Positions 1 through 11,758 of a DNA stretch of 64,000 nt are shown in pieces. Numbering within the stretch: position 1 is the stretch's first letter; each line of letters starts with the position of its first letter. Both the position numbers and the translations under genes were made by a program. The notes under the pieces are model-generated. The model was not told the origin of the DNA and ran no database searches. It saw nothing but the letters and a program-made list of their open reading frames with translations. Location: NCBI GenBank assembly GCA_018335895.1, contig JAGXQU010000081.1, forward strand, positions 8,045-72,044. The letters run 5' to 3'. Source of the DNA: Hyphomicrobiales bacterium (lineage in GTDB: Bacteria; Pseudomonadota; Alphaproteobacteria; Rhizobiales; Xanthobacteraceae).

Positions 1-31
1 AAAGCTATCGTGTGAAAATTGGATGGCTTCT

Positions 32-48
32 CCGCAAAAGCTAATAAG
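32..48. repeat. att-like direct repeat, copy A (CCGCAAAAGCTAATAAG)
   Basis: Read directly. It is 16/17 identical to 15848-15864. The core AAAAGC[T/A]AATAAG recurs at 15876-15888 and 24730-24742 in the same orientation. Confidence 0.6.
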
Positions 49-179
49 TTCAGAATTAACCAGTTGCCACTGTTAAGCATCTTTTGCAGCTAAACGTACT
101 AGATTGAATGAATTCTTTTCCGGATCGAGAATATCAGCGAGCTTGGTTTTATTCATTTCAATCGCCAGCTGGTTTCACG

Positions 180-404
180 TCAAGAATTCTTCTGGCGAGC
201 TTTCTCAATGTCCCGCACGTACTCGCGGACCAGCTTCCAATAGAAAAACTCTAGAATTCCCTTCTTGCTAAGCGCCTGGTCCTCGAGCTCACCGACCCTC
301 GTCATGGCGCGTTCCCCGTATTGATCAACGATTTCATCTGCCGCCTTTTTGGCGTTTTTAACGTAAGCGCGTATGCCTCGCACCCTCTCCACGAGATTTC
401 TCAA
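180..404 (-). CDS. hypothetical small protein (74 aa)
   Basis: ORF only; I recognise no family motif. Confidence 0.3.
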   Translation of the reverse strand: MRNLVERVRGIRAYVKNAKKAADEIVDQYGERAMTRVGELEDQALSKKGILEFFYWKLVREYVRDIEKARQKNS

Positions 405-551
405 TGCCGCACTCCAGTTCGGATTTGGCTAATTTTTACATGTGGTGAACGATTTCCTCTGAGCGAAATGAATGAAAGAAAAAGGAATGGAAGCGATCCA
501 CAACGGATTATTCCGAGTGTGTGATCGCCCCCATTCAGGCTGGTAACCGTG

Positions 552-932
552 CTACTTCTTGAAGCGCGCCTGACCTGATTTTCCGGCAGGTGTTTTCAAC
601 GTGACGCTTATCGTTGCGTTTGCAGCGATAGGCTTCTTGAGTTCTCCCTTGAGCGCGTTCTCGCCCTCAACGGTGAGCGTGACTGTTTCGCGGTCGGCCC
701 CTGCAACGACAAGCGCCGATGCCGTGATGCCCTTCGCGGAGGTCGGCTTATTGGATTCATCCAGAACGTAGAAGGTGACAGTCGTTCCGGAGCTCACGAA
801 TTCCAGGTGAACCCCTGCAACGTCTTCGACCGGGCCGCCATTGGGTCCCTTTTGTGCGGCGTGGTTGTGTTGTGCGACAGCCGTGACAGCAAGCGAAAGC
901 ATCAAGCCTAATGCAATTATGAACCTCATCAC
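552..932 (-). CDS. small exported protein encoded immediately downstream of czcA (possible periplasmic metal-binding accessory protein)
   Basis: N-terminal signal peptide (MMRFIIALGLMLSLAVTAVA) followed by QHNH. The start lies 1-4 nt after the czcA stop, so it is co-transcribed with czcCBA. GTG at 932 or ATG at 929. Confidence 0.6.
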   Translation of the reverse strand: MMRFIIALGLMLSLAVTAVAQHNHAAQKGPNGGPVEDVAGVHLEFVSSGTTVTFYVLDESNKPTSAKGITASALVVAGADRETVTLTVEGENALKGELKKPIAANATISVTLKTPAGKSGQARFKK

Positions 933-933
933 G

Positions 934-4158
<3,225 letters not shown>

Positions 4159-5103
4159 TCAGTGTTCATGGGACGCCGAACCCTTCGCAAGCTCAGCCTT
4201 GATCACGAAACTGTTCTTCCCGGCGTACACATCGCCATCGATAAGCCCGAAGAGGACTTCGACATGCTCCGCGTCGCGGTCTCCGAGTTCGACATCGCGT
4301 GGCTCGAATTTGTTGCCGTTCCTGACGAAGACGACGGTGCGGTTCTCGACGGTTTGAAGTGCGGAAAGCTTTACGGCGATCGGAACTTCCTTGGCCTGCA
4401 GAACAAGGCGCGCCGTAACGAAAAGGCCTGGCCGCAACCGGATCGGATCGTTTGCGACTACTGCTCGTGCGAGCACGCTTTGGGTATCGGCATTGCTCAC
4501 GGGAGAGATGTAGGAGAGCTTTGCTTCGACCGGTGTTGATCCGTCACCGCTGTCGATAAGGATAACGTCGCCGATTTTTGTGCGGCTGAGATCACGTCTG
4601 CTGATCGCAAGGTCCACCCACACCGACGTAAGGTCTGCGATCGTGAAGGCCGCTTTCTGCTCCGACGCGTATTCGCCCAAGGCGACCTGACGCTCAATCA
4701 CAGTTCCCGAGATCGCAGCCTTCATTTCGTAAACAGTTAAGCTTTGATTACTTTCAATCTTGGCAATCACTTCTCCCTTTTCTACACGATCTCCGACACG
4801 CTTACGTATCTCGGTGATTACGCCTGGAAATCGCGGTGTCACCTGAACTAGCATTTCCTGATTCGGGGTTACAACGCCGTTGAGTGCTAAGGTATCGCGA
4901 ATGGTGCCTGGAGCGACGCTAACAAGCTCGATTCCTGCAGCTGCGATCTTCGTATCACTGAGCTCGATCGCGCCGCCGTGGTCATCGTGTTCATTAGCTT
5001 TTGCTTTCGCGACGTTCGCGGGGCGTAACAAATGGGTAACCACCACGATGACCGTAATCAGCCCAATTGCCAGAAGCATGGCATTCCGTACTGATACGCT
5101 CAT
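4159..5103 (-). CDS. czcB: RND efflux periplasmic adaptor (membrane fusion protein)
   Basis: N-terminal TM helix, a His/Asp-rich stretch (NEHDDHGG) and a barrel-sandwich hybrid-like sequence. ATGA overlap with the czcC stop. Confidence 0.9.
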   Translation of the reverse strand: MSVSVRNAMLLAIGLITVIVVVTHLLRPANVAKAKANEHDDHGGAIELSDTKIAAAGIELVSVAPGTIRDTLALNGVVTPNQEMLVQVTPRFPGVITEIRKRVGDRVEKGEVIAKIESNQSLTVYEMKAAISGTVIERQVALGEYASEQKAAFTIADLTSVWVDLAISRRDLSRTKIGDVILIDSGDGSTPVEAKLSYISPVSNADTQSVLARAVVANDPIRLRPGLFVTARLVLQAKEVPIAVKLSALQTVENRTVVFVRNGNKFEPRDVELGDRDAEHVEVLFGLIDGDVYAGKNSFVIKAELAKGSASHEH

Positions 5104-6401
5104 TTTTTCCTCCCATCGTTCAACCTGAACCCCAAGCCGGTTAAACCTTCGATCGTTGCAAGAGCCACGTGGAAATTCATGAGTGCGTCGAGTTCGCGGA
5201 CGGCTGTCTGGGTTGCGGCACTTTGCATGTCGAGAAGTTCAAGCAAAGAGAACCGCCCTTGCTCATAGCCTTCTTCCATCGACCGCGTTGCCTGCTTGAC
5301 GTTAGGTATTGCACCGACGCGCAGGATTTCGATTTCGCGCGAAGCTGCGATCATGTTTTCGTAAGCGCGACCTAAGGTTAGATTGAGTTGGCCGACTGCC
5401 ACCGCAAACTCCGCCTCAACTTTCGAGCGCTGCTGATCAGCCTCGATGATGCCGCCCCGGTTTTGATCAAACAGCGGAATCGGAATGGATATACCGAGGC
5501 GCACTGCGTCATCACGCGTTTCGCGATAATGCCGCCATGCAACGCCAGCGCGCAGATCAGGGATTGGCTTTAAACGGGCAACGAGTAATTCAGCGTCCCG
5601 TTGGGCGCGAAGCGCGGTGAAGCGGATGAGTTGCGGATTCTGCTGTAGCGCTTTCTGCAACACATGGAATGGTTGCGGGCGACCGATACGTCCGAGATCG
5701 CCGACGACGCCTGGAAAGTCAGGCACCGTGCCGCCCATGAGTGTTGCGAGCTCGAGGCGCGCAATCGCGAGCGTAGCGCGGGCGCGTTCGCGCTCTGCCC
5801 TTACGAGGTCAGCAGCGATCTGCGCGCGAGCGACCTCCGAGGGAGGCGATGCACCCGCCTCAACACGCTTTTGTAGAAGTGGTGTAAGCCGCTGAAGCGC
5901 TGCGATCTGCTGATCGTAAATCGAGATACGGCGTTGCGCGGCGAGCACGCTGAAATAAGCGATGGCCGCGTCGGATAGTATTTCCAACCGGACAGCTTCA
6001 CGCTGCCAACGATAAGCTTCGAGCTCAGCAGATCCTGCCGCGACGCGTGCAGTTCTTTTTCCGCCAAGTTCGATCAGCTGGCTTAGCTGAAGCGTATATT
6101 CTGCCGCGCCTGTACCTCGGTAAGGGCCTGTTCCAAAGACATTGTCGGCCTCGAATGAAATTTCAGGATTAGGGAGTACGCCTGCCTGAAGTTTGCGACC
6201 CCCGGCCATTGCGATATCGCGTTCGGCAGCTGTAAGCCGCGGATTTGACTCCAAGGCGCGCTGCAAAGCGCCGGTGAGCGTAAGATATCTCTTACCCTGA
6301 CCAACCGCGGCGCTGACGAAACTAAGAGCGCAGGCTACAGCCACGATGCACGTGGCTACGCGACGAACGGACATTTGAACGACCCAAGTGATACTTCGCA
6401 C
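5100..6401 (-). CDS. czcC: TolC-family outer membrane factor of heavy-metal efflux system
   Basis: Signal peptide and two OEP-type repeats; operon position upstream of czcB. An alternative ATG start is at 6374. Confidence 0.85.
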   Translation of the reverse strand: MRSITWVVQMSVRRVATCIVAVACALSFVSAAVGQGKRYLTLTGALQRALESNPRLTAAERDIAMAGGRKLQAGVLPNPEISFEADNVFGTGPYRGTGAAEYTLQLSQLIELGGKRTARVAAGSAELEAYRWQREAVRLEILSDAAIAYFSVLAAQRRISIYDQQIAALQRLTPLLQKRVEAGASPPSEVARAQIAADLVRAERERARATLAIARLELATLMGGTVPDFPGVVGDLGRIGRPQPFHVLQKALQQNPQLIRFTALRAQRDAELLVARLKPIPDLRAGVAWRHYRETRDDAVRLGISIPIPLFDQNRGGIIEADQQRSKVEAEFAVAVGQLNLTLGRAYENMIAASREIEILRVGAIPNVKQATRSMEEGYEQGRFSLLELLDMQSAATQTAVRELDALMNFHVALATIEGLTGLGFRLNDGRKK

Positions 6402-6425
6402 CCTTAAAGGCGCGGCGAATTCAGC

Positions 6426-6821
6426 TTAGATTGAGCGAATAGGGTAAGGAGATTCGAGTGATGGAACACGTGGCTCAAGCGAAGCAACTTCCAGCACAAC
6501 GAGCGCACAACTTTGGGGCGCTACAGGCATGAAGTCGATTGCGAGAGGCGCGATCGGTGAGCAACCGCAGCAACTATGGTTGTCAGCACCTGAGACGGGA
6601 TGATTGTCCATGTCGGGCGCATCGTCAGCATGCACAGCCAAGCTGACTTCCATTCCGCTCTTACCATGGAAACCTTCGAAGTGGCTCATCGCATGAGCCG
6701 ACGACACGGTAAGAAACGCGAGGGCGCACAGAAGGACCACGCACCGGCTCAGAGCCAGCCAGCCTTTCTTAGCTGTAAATACGTGGAACACTTGAATCTT
6801 CCGGCCCGTTTTGCGGTGCAA
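6426..6821 (-). CDS. small secreted His/Cys-rich protein, CzcI-like position (first gene of the czc operon)
   Basis: Signal peptide ending SSAHA and the motif NHSCCGC. It is a paralog of the 11203-11553 product (shared AHA-SH, H-C-x-G-C and a Pro-rich C-terminus). Confidence 0.55.
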   Translation of the reverse strand: MHRKTGRKIQVFHVFTAKKGWLALSRCVVLLCALAFLTVSSAHAMSHFEGFHGKSGMEVSLAVHADDAPDMDNHPVSGADNHSCCGCSPIAPLAIDFMPVAPQSCALVVLEVASLEPRVPSLESPYPIRSI

Positions 6822-7020
6822 TCTCTTTAAGTGCCGCTCTTCCCTCGGTCAAGTCGGAAAGCTGGCGTTCTCGCCGCACGATACAGTGTCTCCTTGGAAA
6901 CAAAGCAATCGTTAGCGCTTTTTGAACTGACGAGCGATCAAACACGTTGTCATTGACTTTTAACACTAGCAGAAGCGAACTGGATGCTAATGATCGCATC
7001 GCAAGAATTGAGAATCGGCC

Positions 7021-7929
7021 ATGGGCGCAAACCACGATCACGTTGGAGATAAGTCGAAGCAGAACGAGCGCGCACTTTGGCTTGCGCTTATTCCAACGAC
7101 GCTCTTCATGTTCGCCGAAATCGTTGGTGCGATCGTCACGGGCAGTCTCGCACTGCTTTCCGACGCCATGCACATGGCAACTGACGTTTTCGGCGTGGCG
7201 CTCGCTATCGTCGCAATACGTCTTGCAAGACGGCCATCCGATCTTAAGCGGACTTTCGGTTACGAGCGCCTGGAAATCCTGGCCGCGAGCGCGAATGCGT
7301 TGATACTTTTTGGCGTTGCGATTTACATCCTCTACGAAGCCTATCAGCGTCTCAATAACCCGCCGGAGATTCAATCGATCGGCATGCTCGTCATCGCCGT
7401 GCTCGGCTTGGTCGTAAATGCCTTTTCGATGTGGATACTTTCCTCCGGCAAAGACGAGAGCCTGAACCTGAAGGGAGCTTATCTTGAAGTCTGGAGCGAC
7501 TTTCTCGGTTCGCTTGGCGTGATCGCTGCCGCCATCATTATCCGCCTTACAGGATGGACGATTGTTGATTCGATAGTCGCCGTGGCAATCGGTTTTTGGG
7601 TACTGCCGCGCACTTGGATACTTTTCCGCGATGCGGCAAACATTTTGCTTGAAGGCGTGCCGAGCAACGTTGTGCTGGAAGATGTTCGTAAGGCCATTCT
7701 TACGGCTTCCGGTGTAACCGACGTACACGATCTCCATGTTTGGGCTCTTACGGGAGGCCGTGTCTGTTTGACGGCGCATGTTGTCGCCGAAATGCGCGCG
7801 ACCGATTACGACACCCTTATCGCCGAGTTGAATGAGCTTTTGCACAACCGCTTCTCGATCGGTCACGTTACGATTCAGTATGAGCGTGTGCCGTGTGCAG
7901 ATGCGAAGGCTGGCCATCGTTTTCTTTAG
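7021..7929 (+). CDS. czcD: cation diffusion facilitator (Zn/Co/Cd efflux), CzcD/ZitB-like
   Basis: His-rich N-terminus (HDHVGD) and CDF signature 'SLALLSDAMHMATDV', six TM segments and a C-terminal cytoplasmic domain. Confidence 0.9.
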   Translation: MGANHDHVGDKSKQNERALWLALIPTTLFMFAEIVGAIVTGSLALLSDAMHMATDVFGVALAIVAIRLARRPSDLKRTFGYERLEILAASANALILFGVAIYILYEAYQRLNNPPEIQSIGMLVIAVLGLVVNAFSMWILSSGKDESLNLKGAYLEVWSDFLGSLGVIAAAIIIRLTGWTIVDSIVAVAIGFWVLPRTWILFRDAANILLEGVPSNVVLEDVRKAILTASGVTDVHDLHVWALTGGRVCLTAHVVAEMRATDYDTLIAELNELLHNRFSIGHVTIQYERVPCADAKAGHRFL

Positions 7930-8055
7930 GCCGATCGATAAAATTGCGGCAAGAGTGAGCCGCCAATCTTCATTTATTTCGCTGTGTGGCGCTTGAACGA
8001 CGCCGCACGCTCGTTTACGCGGGTAAATCGACAATTGAACATCACGCAGGTTCAC

Positions 8056-8688
8056 ATGAATGCGCAGCGGCTCAAGTTTATCGACATAAGCGCAGCACAG
8101 ATCATCAGAAAGTTTGCGCTGGCGATGGTTATCATCGTAGGCGCTGCGTTTGCGGCGATTAGCGACTCGATCTGGGATAGCCACTCGATAGGAAGAGAGC
8201 TGATCGAATTCATCGGACTGCTTATGATTGTGGCGTGCATCGTCGCCCGCATTTTCTGTTCGCTCTACATCGGCGGCAGAAAAATCAGCTCGCTCGTCAT
8301 TACAGGACCTTATTCCGTCTGCCGAAATCCGCTCTATGCGGCCTCGATCATTGGAGCGGTAGGTATTGGCGCGCAGCAAGGCAGCATTGCGCTCGGCGCG
8401 ATCACGGGTGGCGTCGTTGCGATCATCTTTTATCTGCTTGTTCTTCGCGAAGAGCGCCTGCTTGCACGGCTTCATGGGGTTCAGTTCGAGCTTTACCGGC
8501 AGCGCGTGCCGAGGTTCATCCCAGATTTCTCGCTTTGGCGCGACGTAAAGAAGATCGAGATCGAGCCGCGTTATGCACTTACGACGGCGCTGGATGGCTG
8601 TGTAATTTTGCTTTGGTTGCCGGTTGCGGAGGCGCTTGAGCATATGCACGACGCAGGTTTCTTTCCGGCGCTTCTACGTCTGCCTTAA
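8056..8688 (+). CDS. isoprenylcysteine carboxyl methyltransferase (ICMT/PEMT) family membrane protein, CzcN/NccN-like
   Basis: Motifs 'CRNPLYAASIIG' and 'REERLLARLHGVQFELYRQRVPRFIP'. The ORF extends to 7984, but the ATG at 8056 is the more likely start. Confidence 0.7.
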   Translation: MNAQRLKFIDISAAQIIRKFALAMVIIVGAAFAAISDSIWDSHSIGRELIEFIGLLMIVACIVARIFCSLYIGGRKISSLVITGPYSVCRNPLYAASIIGAVGIGAQQGSIALGAITGGVVAIIFYLLVLREERLLARLHGVQFELYRQRVPRFIPDFSLWRDVKKIEIEPRYALTTALDGCVILLWLPVAEALEHMHDAGFFPALLRLP

Positions 8689-8706
8689 CCCAGCGGTTTA
8701 CAAAGA

Positions 8707-8742
8707 GGTAGCCCGGGCCAGAAGCCCGGGCTACCTGCTTTT
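8707..8742. terminator. bidirectional rho-independent terminator between convergent genes
   Basis: 12-bp perfect stem GGTAGCCCGGGC / GCCCGGGCTACC with a 5-nt loop, followed by TGCTTTT. It is flanked by A-rich sequence on the other side. Confidence 0.7.
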
Positions 8743-8956
8743 ACTCGCTTTGACCGTAGGTGCGTCGGATTTCGAGACGCACATTCGGATCGGGATCGCG
8801 CCCCGCGAAATCTTTTCCGACCCACACATCGTTGGGGTTCATGATGGTGTGCGCTGGTTGCGTATTCCGCTGCTGGGCAGATGCGGGCATCGTCGCCATG
8901 ACACCAATGGTGAGCACGGTCGCGGCCGCAATTGCGGTGATTGATTTCTTCAACAT
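8741..8956 (-). CDS. small exported protein (71 aa), likely ECF-sigma regulon member
   Basis: Signal peptide MLKKSITAIAAATVLTIGVMATMPASA. AGGAG lies 9 nt upstream of the ATG at 8956. A sigmaF-type promoter motif lies upstream, inside the longer track ORF. Confidence 0.6.
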   Translation of the reverse strand: MLKKSITAIAAATVLTIGVMATMPASAQQRNTQPAHTIMNPNDVWVGKDFAGRDPDPNVRLEIRRTYGQSE

Positions 8957-9004
8957 TCGACAATCTCCTACATGAGCGAGATTAGCGTCTCGCATGTAAG
9001 TAAC

Positions 9005-9030
9005 TTCGTTTGTCGTCGTGAAAAGGTTAC
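9005..9030 (-). promoter_or_regulatory. ECF (sigmaF-type) promoter motif GTAACC-N16-CGAA
   Basis: The minus strand reads GTAACC TTTTCACGACGACAAA CGAA, about 50 nt upstream of the 8956 start codon. Confidence 0.5.
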
Positions 9031-9086
9031 ACTGCGCCAAGACGATCGTTGTAGATTTTTTTCATTTGTGCTTCGCAGCTGTTCAA

Positions 9087-9647
9087 ATGAATACAAAAAG
9101 CACAGAAGAAGATTTTCGCGCACTGATGCTCGCTGCGCAGGCCGGTGACGCACGCGCATATTCGCAACTGCTTGAAGAGCTTACGCCGCATCTACGCAGG
9201 ATGATTCGACGAAGGCGGTCGTTTTTATCGCAACAGGATGTCGAAGATCTTGTTCAGGAAGTACTTCTTTCCATTCACGTAGTGCGAGCGACCTACGACC
9301 CGAAGAGGCCGTTTTTCCCTTGGATTCTCGCGATCTTGCGCAACCGGTTAGCGGATGGCGCCCGGCGCTACGCGCGGAGGACAAAAAATGAGGTTCTGGT
9401 CGATGAGGTACCTGTAACCTTTGCCGATGACGGAGCGAATATAGAACCGGAGGTCTATCAAGACCCTGAAGAATTAAAGAAAGCCCTGGAAAAACTACCT
9501 CCAGGTCAACGTAAGGCCATCGAACTGCTCAAGCTCAAGGAAATGTCGTTGAAAGAAGCCGCCTCTGTTACTGGAACAAGCATTCCATCGCTAAAGGTTT
9601 CCGTGCATCGCGGCATCGCCTCGCTTCGTAAGATTTTGAAGAAATAG
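9087..9647 (+). CDS. ECF-type RNA polymerase sigma-70 family factor (SigF-like, paired with NrsF)
   Basis: Region 2 (DVEDLVQEVLLSIH...FFPWILAILRNRLADG) and region 4 (LPPGQRKAIELLKLKEMSLKEAA). The track ORF starts at GTG 9018; ATG 9087 is preferred. Confidence 0.9.
   Translation: MNTKSTEEDFRALMLAAQAGDARAYSQLLEELTPHLRRMIRRRRSFLSQQDVEDLVQEVLLSIHVVRATYDPKRPFFPWILAILRNRLADGARRYARRTKNEVLVDEVPVTFADDGANIEPEVYQDPEELKKALEKLPPGQRKAIELLKLKEMSLKEAASVTGTSIPSLKVSVHRGIASLRKILKK
9414..9439 (+). promoter_or_regulatory. second GTAACC-N16-CGAA motif, internal to the sigma gene and upstream of nrsF
   Basis: The plus strand reads GTAACC TTTGCCGATGACGGAG CGAA, 217 nt upstream of the nrsF start. Confidence 0.4.
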
Positions 9648-9655
9648 GCCCTACC

Positions 9656-10336
9656 TTGGATACGGAAGCGCTGATTAAGAGACTTTCGGAAAATGCGAAG
9701 CCGACGCAGCCCCTAGCAAATCCGTGGCTGCGGGCCTTGGCGTGGCTTGCGATTTCTGTACCCTGCTTGATGGCTGTGATCGTTTTGTTTTCACCGCGCG
9801 CTGATCTTGGGGCAAAGCTTATCGAAGCACGGTTTTTGATCGAGCAATCGGCAGCGTTAGCAACCGCATTCACGGCTGCAATTGCAGCCTTTGCATCAAC
9901 GATTCCAGGATACGACAAAAAATACCTCATCCTTCCCGTTGTGCCGCTCGCAGCGTGGTTAGCAACCCTTGGTATCGGTTGTTTTGTCGATCTTTCGCAT
10001 AGCGGCTTTCATCTGACCGTTTTCCACGCGGATTGGTTTTGTCTGCCTGGTATCGTCATGGTTGGCGCTCTTCCGGGGCTTGCGATCGTGTTCATGCTGC
10101 GTCGTGGCGCACCGTTATCGCCGGCGTCGTCCACAATGCTCGGTGGCTTGGCGGCTGCAGCGCTAGGAGACTTCGGGCTCCGGTTCTTTCACCCGGAAGA
10201 CACGGGCTTGCTAGTTCTAGTCTGGCAATTCGGAAGCGTGTTTCTGTTGTCGGTTCTATCCGCCTGGATCGGACGGCATGTATTGAACTGGAAATCGAAA
10301 ATTGAAGCGAACAAGGAAGAAATGCTCGCGCGCTAG
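9656..10336 (+). CDS. nrsF: NrsF-family (DUF1109) membrane anti-sigma factor
   Basis: N-terminus 'MDTEALIKRLSENAKP' and six predicted TM helices. TTG start 9 nt after the sigma gene stop. Confidence 0.85.
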   Translation: MDTEALIKRLSENAKPTQPLANPWLRALAWLAISVPCLMAVIVLFSPRADLGAKLIEARFLIEQSAALATAFTAAIAAFASTIPGYDKKYLILPVVPLAAWLATLGIGCFVDLSHSGFHLTVFHADWFCLPGIVMVGALPGLAIVFMLRRGAPLSPASSTMLGGLAAAALGDFGLRFFHPEDTGLLVLVWQFGSVFLLSVLSAWIGRHVLNWKSKIEANKEEMLAR

Positions 10337-10524
10337 AAATAGTTGCGAGCATCGAACGAATTGACTTCACAACCACAGGGTCTGCTACCAGCCTACGTGA
10401 GGCTACATTCTGGTTCGGACCTAATGGTTGCTGCGAGGCGCTGCTACGGGCGTTTTCGGCACGACCCCCTCGTTGGCCGAAACCGGTCGCTCGTAGCAGC
10501 CGCCACGCCCGCCGGAGAAGCGCA

Positions 10525-11106
10525 ATGCAGGTACAAGAGCACGATACCGGACCAGACCCGACGGCGATTTTGGTTGGGTCTGGGATAAGCGCTTTGACGC
10601 TTGGCTTGGGTTACGCATCATTCGGAATCGTTACGACAATGATCTTCGCCGCCGGATTCGTTGGCGGATTATTCATGTGGCTTGCCCTTCCTTCGCGCGC
10701 GACCTGGCAGGACATCAAAGTTCCGTTTTGGCTTGCACTGCTTCTTTTCGCGGTGCACCGGGTCGAAGAGAATGTTTCCGGGTTTTTTCAGAAGCTCTCT
10801 GAAATCACTGCCGAGCAAACACCTTCGCTGACTTCGCCCGCTCTCATTTTGCTCGTGCTGATATCGGTGGGATGTTGGGTTTCGATTCCGGCTCTGGTGG
10901 CAAAGCGCTATTCGATCGGCAACTATTTTGCTTGGACGTTCTTCGCTTCGATGGGCTTTACAGAACTCGCCCACATTCTTGTTTTTCCGTTTTTCGACAG
11001 CGATCCAAAGCTTTACTTCCCGGGAATGGCGAGTGTGGTTTTTCTAGCGCCCGCCGCATGGTGGGGAATGTGGCGGCTCAGTCGCCGTCGGCCCGCGCTG
11101 CAATAA
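10525..11106 (+). CDS. HXXEE domain-containing membrane protein
   Basis: Motif 'AVHRVEEN' (H-x-x-E-E) in a multi-TM protein. Confidence 0.7.
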   Translation: MQVQEHDTGPDPTAILVGSGISALTLGLGYASFGIVTTMIFAAGFVGGLFMWLALPSRATWQDIKVPFWLALLLFAVHRVEENVSGFFQKLSEITAEQTPSLTSPALILLVLISVGCWVSIPALVAKRYSIGNYFAWTFFASMGFTELAHILVFPFFDSDPKLYFPGMASVVFLAPAAWWGMWRLSRRRPALQ

Positions 11107-11202
11107 ACAACTTGCCTTCAAGTTCCGTCTTCGGGTGTGGAATATGGCTCAACGACGCGCCATCCCCTAGCCCCCGAAAAATTATTCTGTTAAGTAGCCG
11201 AT

Positions 11203-11553
11203 ATGGCACGGTTGCGCACAATATTCGGGGCAAGCTTCCTTGGACGCGTCGCGCTTTTGCTTGTGGCCATCTGCTTCTTCGCAACGAACGTTGCTCATGC
11301 GGCAAGCCACGAACACTCGGTCATTTCGAAAGTCTCTGGCCAAGATTTTTTCTGGGAAAATCAGTCTCACGGCGACTCTGATGCTGAGCGGCACCTCGCG
11401 GAGGCAAGGCATTGCCACGGCTGTTTCCTGAGCCTTATACCGCAAATGGATCGGCCAAAATACACCGTTGAAGGCTCCGCCTTCTTCTATCTTTCGTTGG
11501 CAACGAACGAAGCTTTCGGTCTTCGCCCGTTCGACTCGCCTCCTCCAAAGTAA
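11203..11553 (+). CDS. small secreted His/Cys-rich protein, paralog of 6426-6821
   Basis: Signal peptide ending NVAHA, then 'SHEHS' and 'RHCHGC', with C-terminal 'FDSPPPK'. Confidence 0.55.
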   Translation: MARLRTIFGASFLGRVALLLVAICFFATNVAHAASHEHSVISKVSGQDFFWENQSHGDSDAERHLAEARHCHGCFLSLIPQMDRPKYTVEGSAFFYLSLATNEAFGLRPFDSPPPK

Positions 11554-11758
11554 TCCACAAAACAGAACACTCGCCAACCGCTGCGCGTTCTCGAACGTAG
11601 CTGCTTGCGCCTCGCTTTCTCAATCATCTTGAGATCGTGAACACGGCGGGTATTGCGCGATCGCCAAAATCACTTGGCGAAACGCTCAGCGTTGTCCGCG
11701 CGCTTTTTCTCCAACGCGGCGAAGCCGCATTCCCTCTATCGCTGAGAGGCACGAAAAC

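Noticed and set aside
543-574. GTAACC-N16-CGCG near-match after the czc operon
   Set aside because: The -10 element does not match CGAA, and no gene follows in that orientation.
6769-8649. 626-aa minus-strand ORF spanning czcD and the ICMT-like gene
   Set aside because: It is antisense to two plus-strand genes with strong family motifs. The translation is low-complexity and Arg-rich with no recognisable domain, so it is a shadow ORF in GC-rich DNA.
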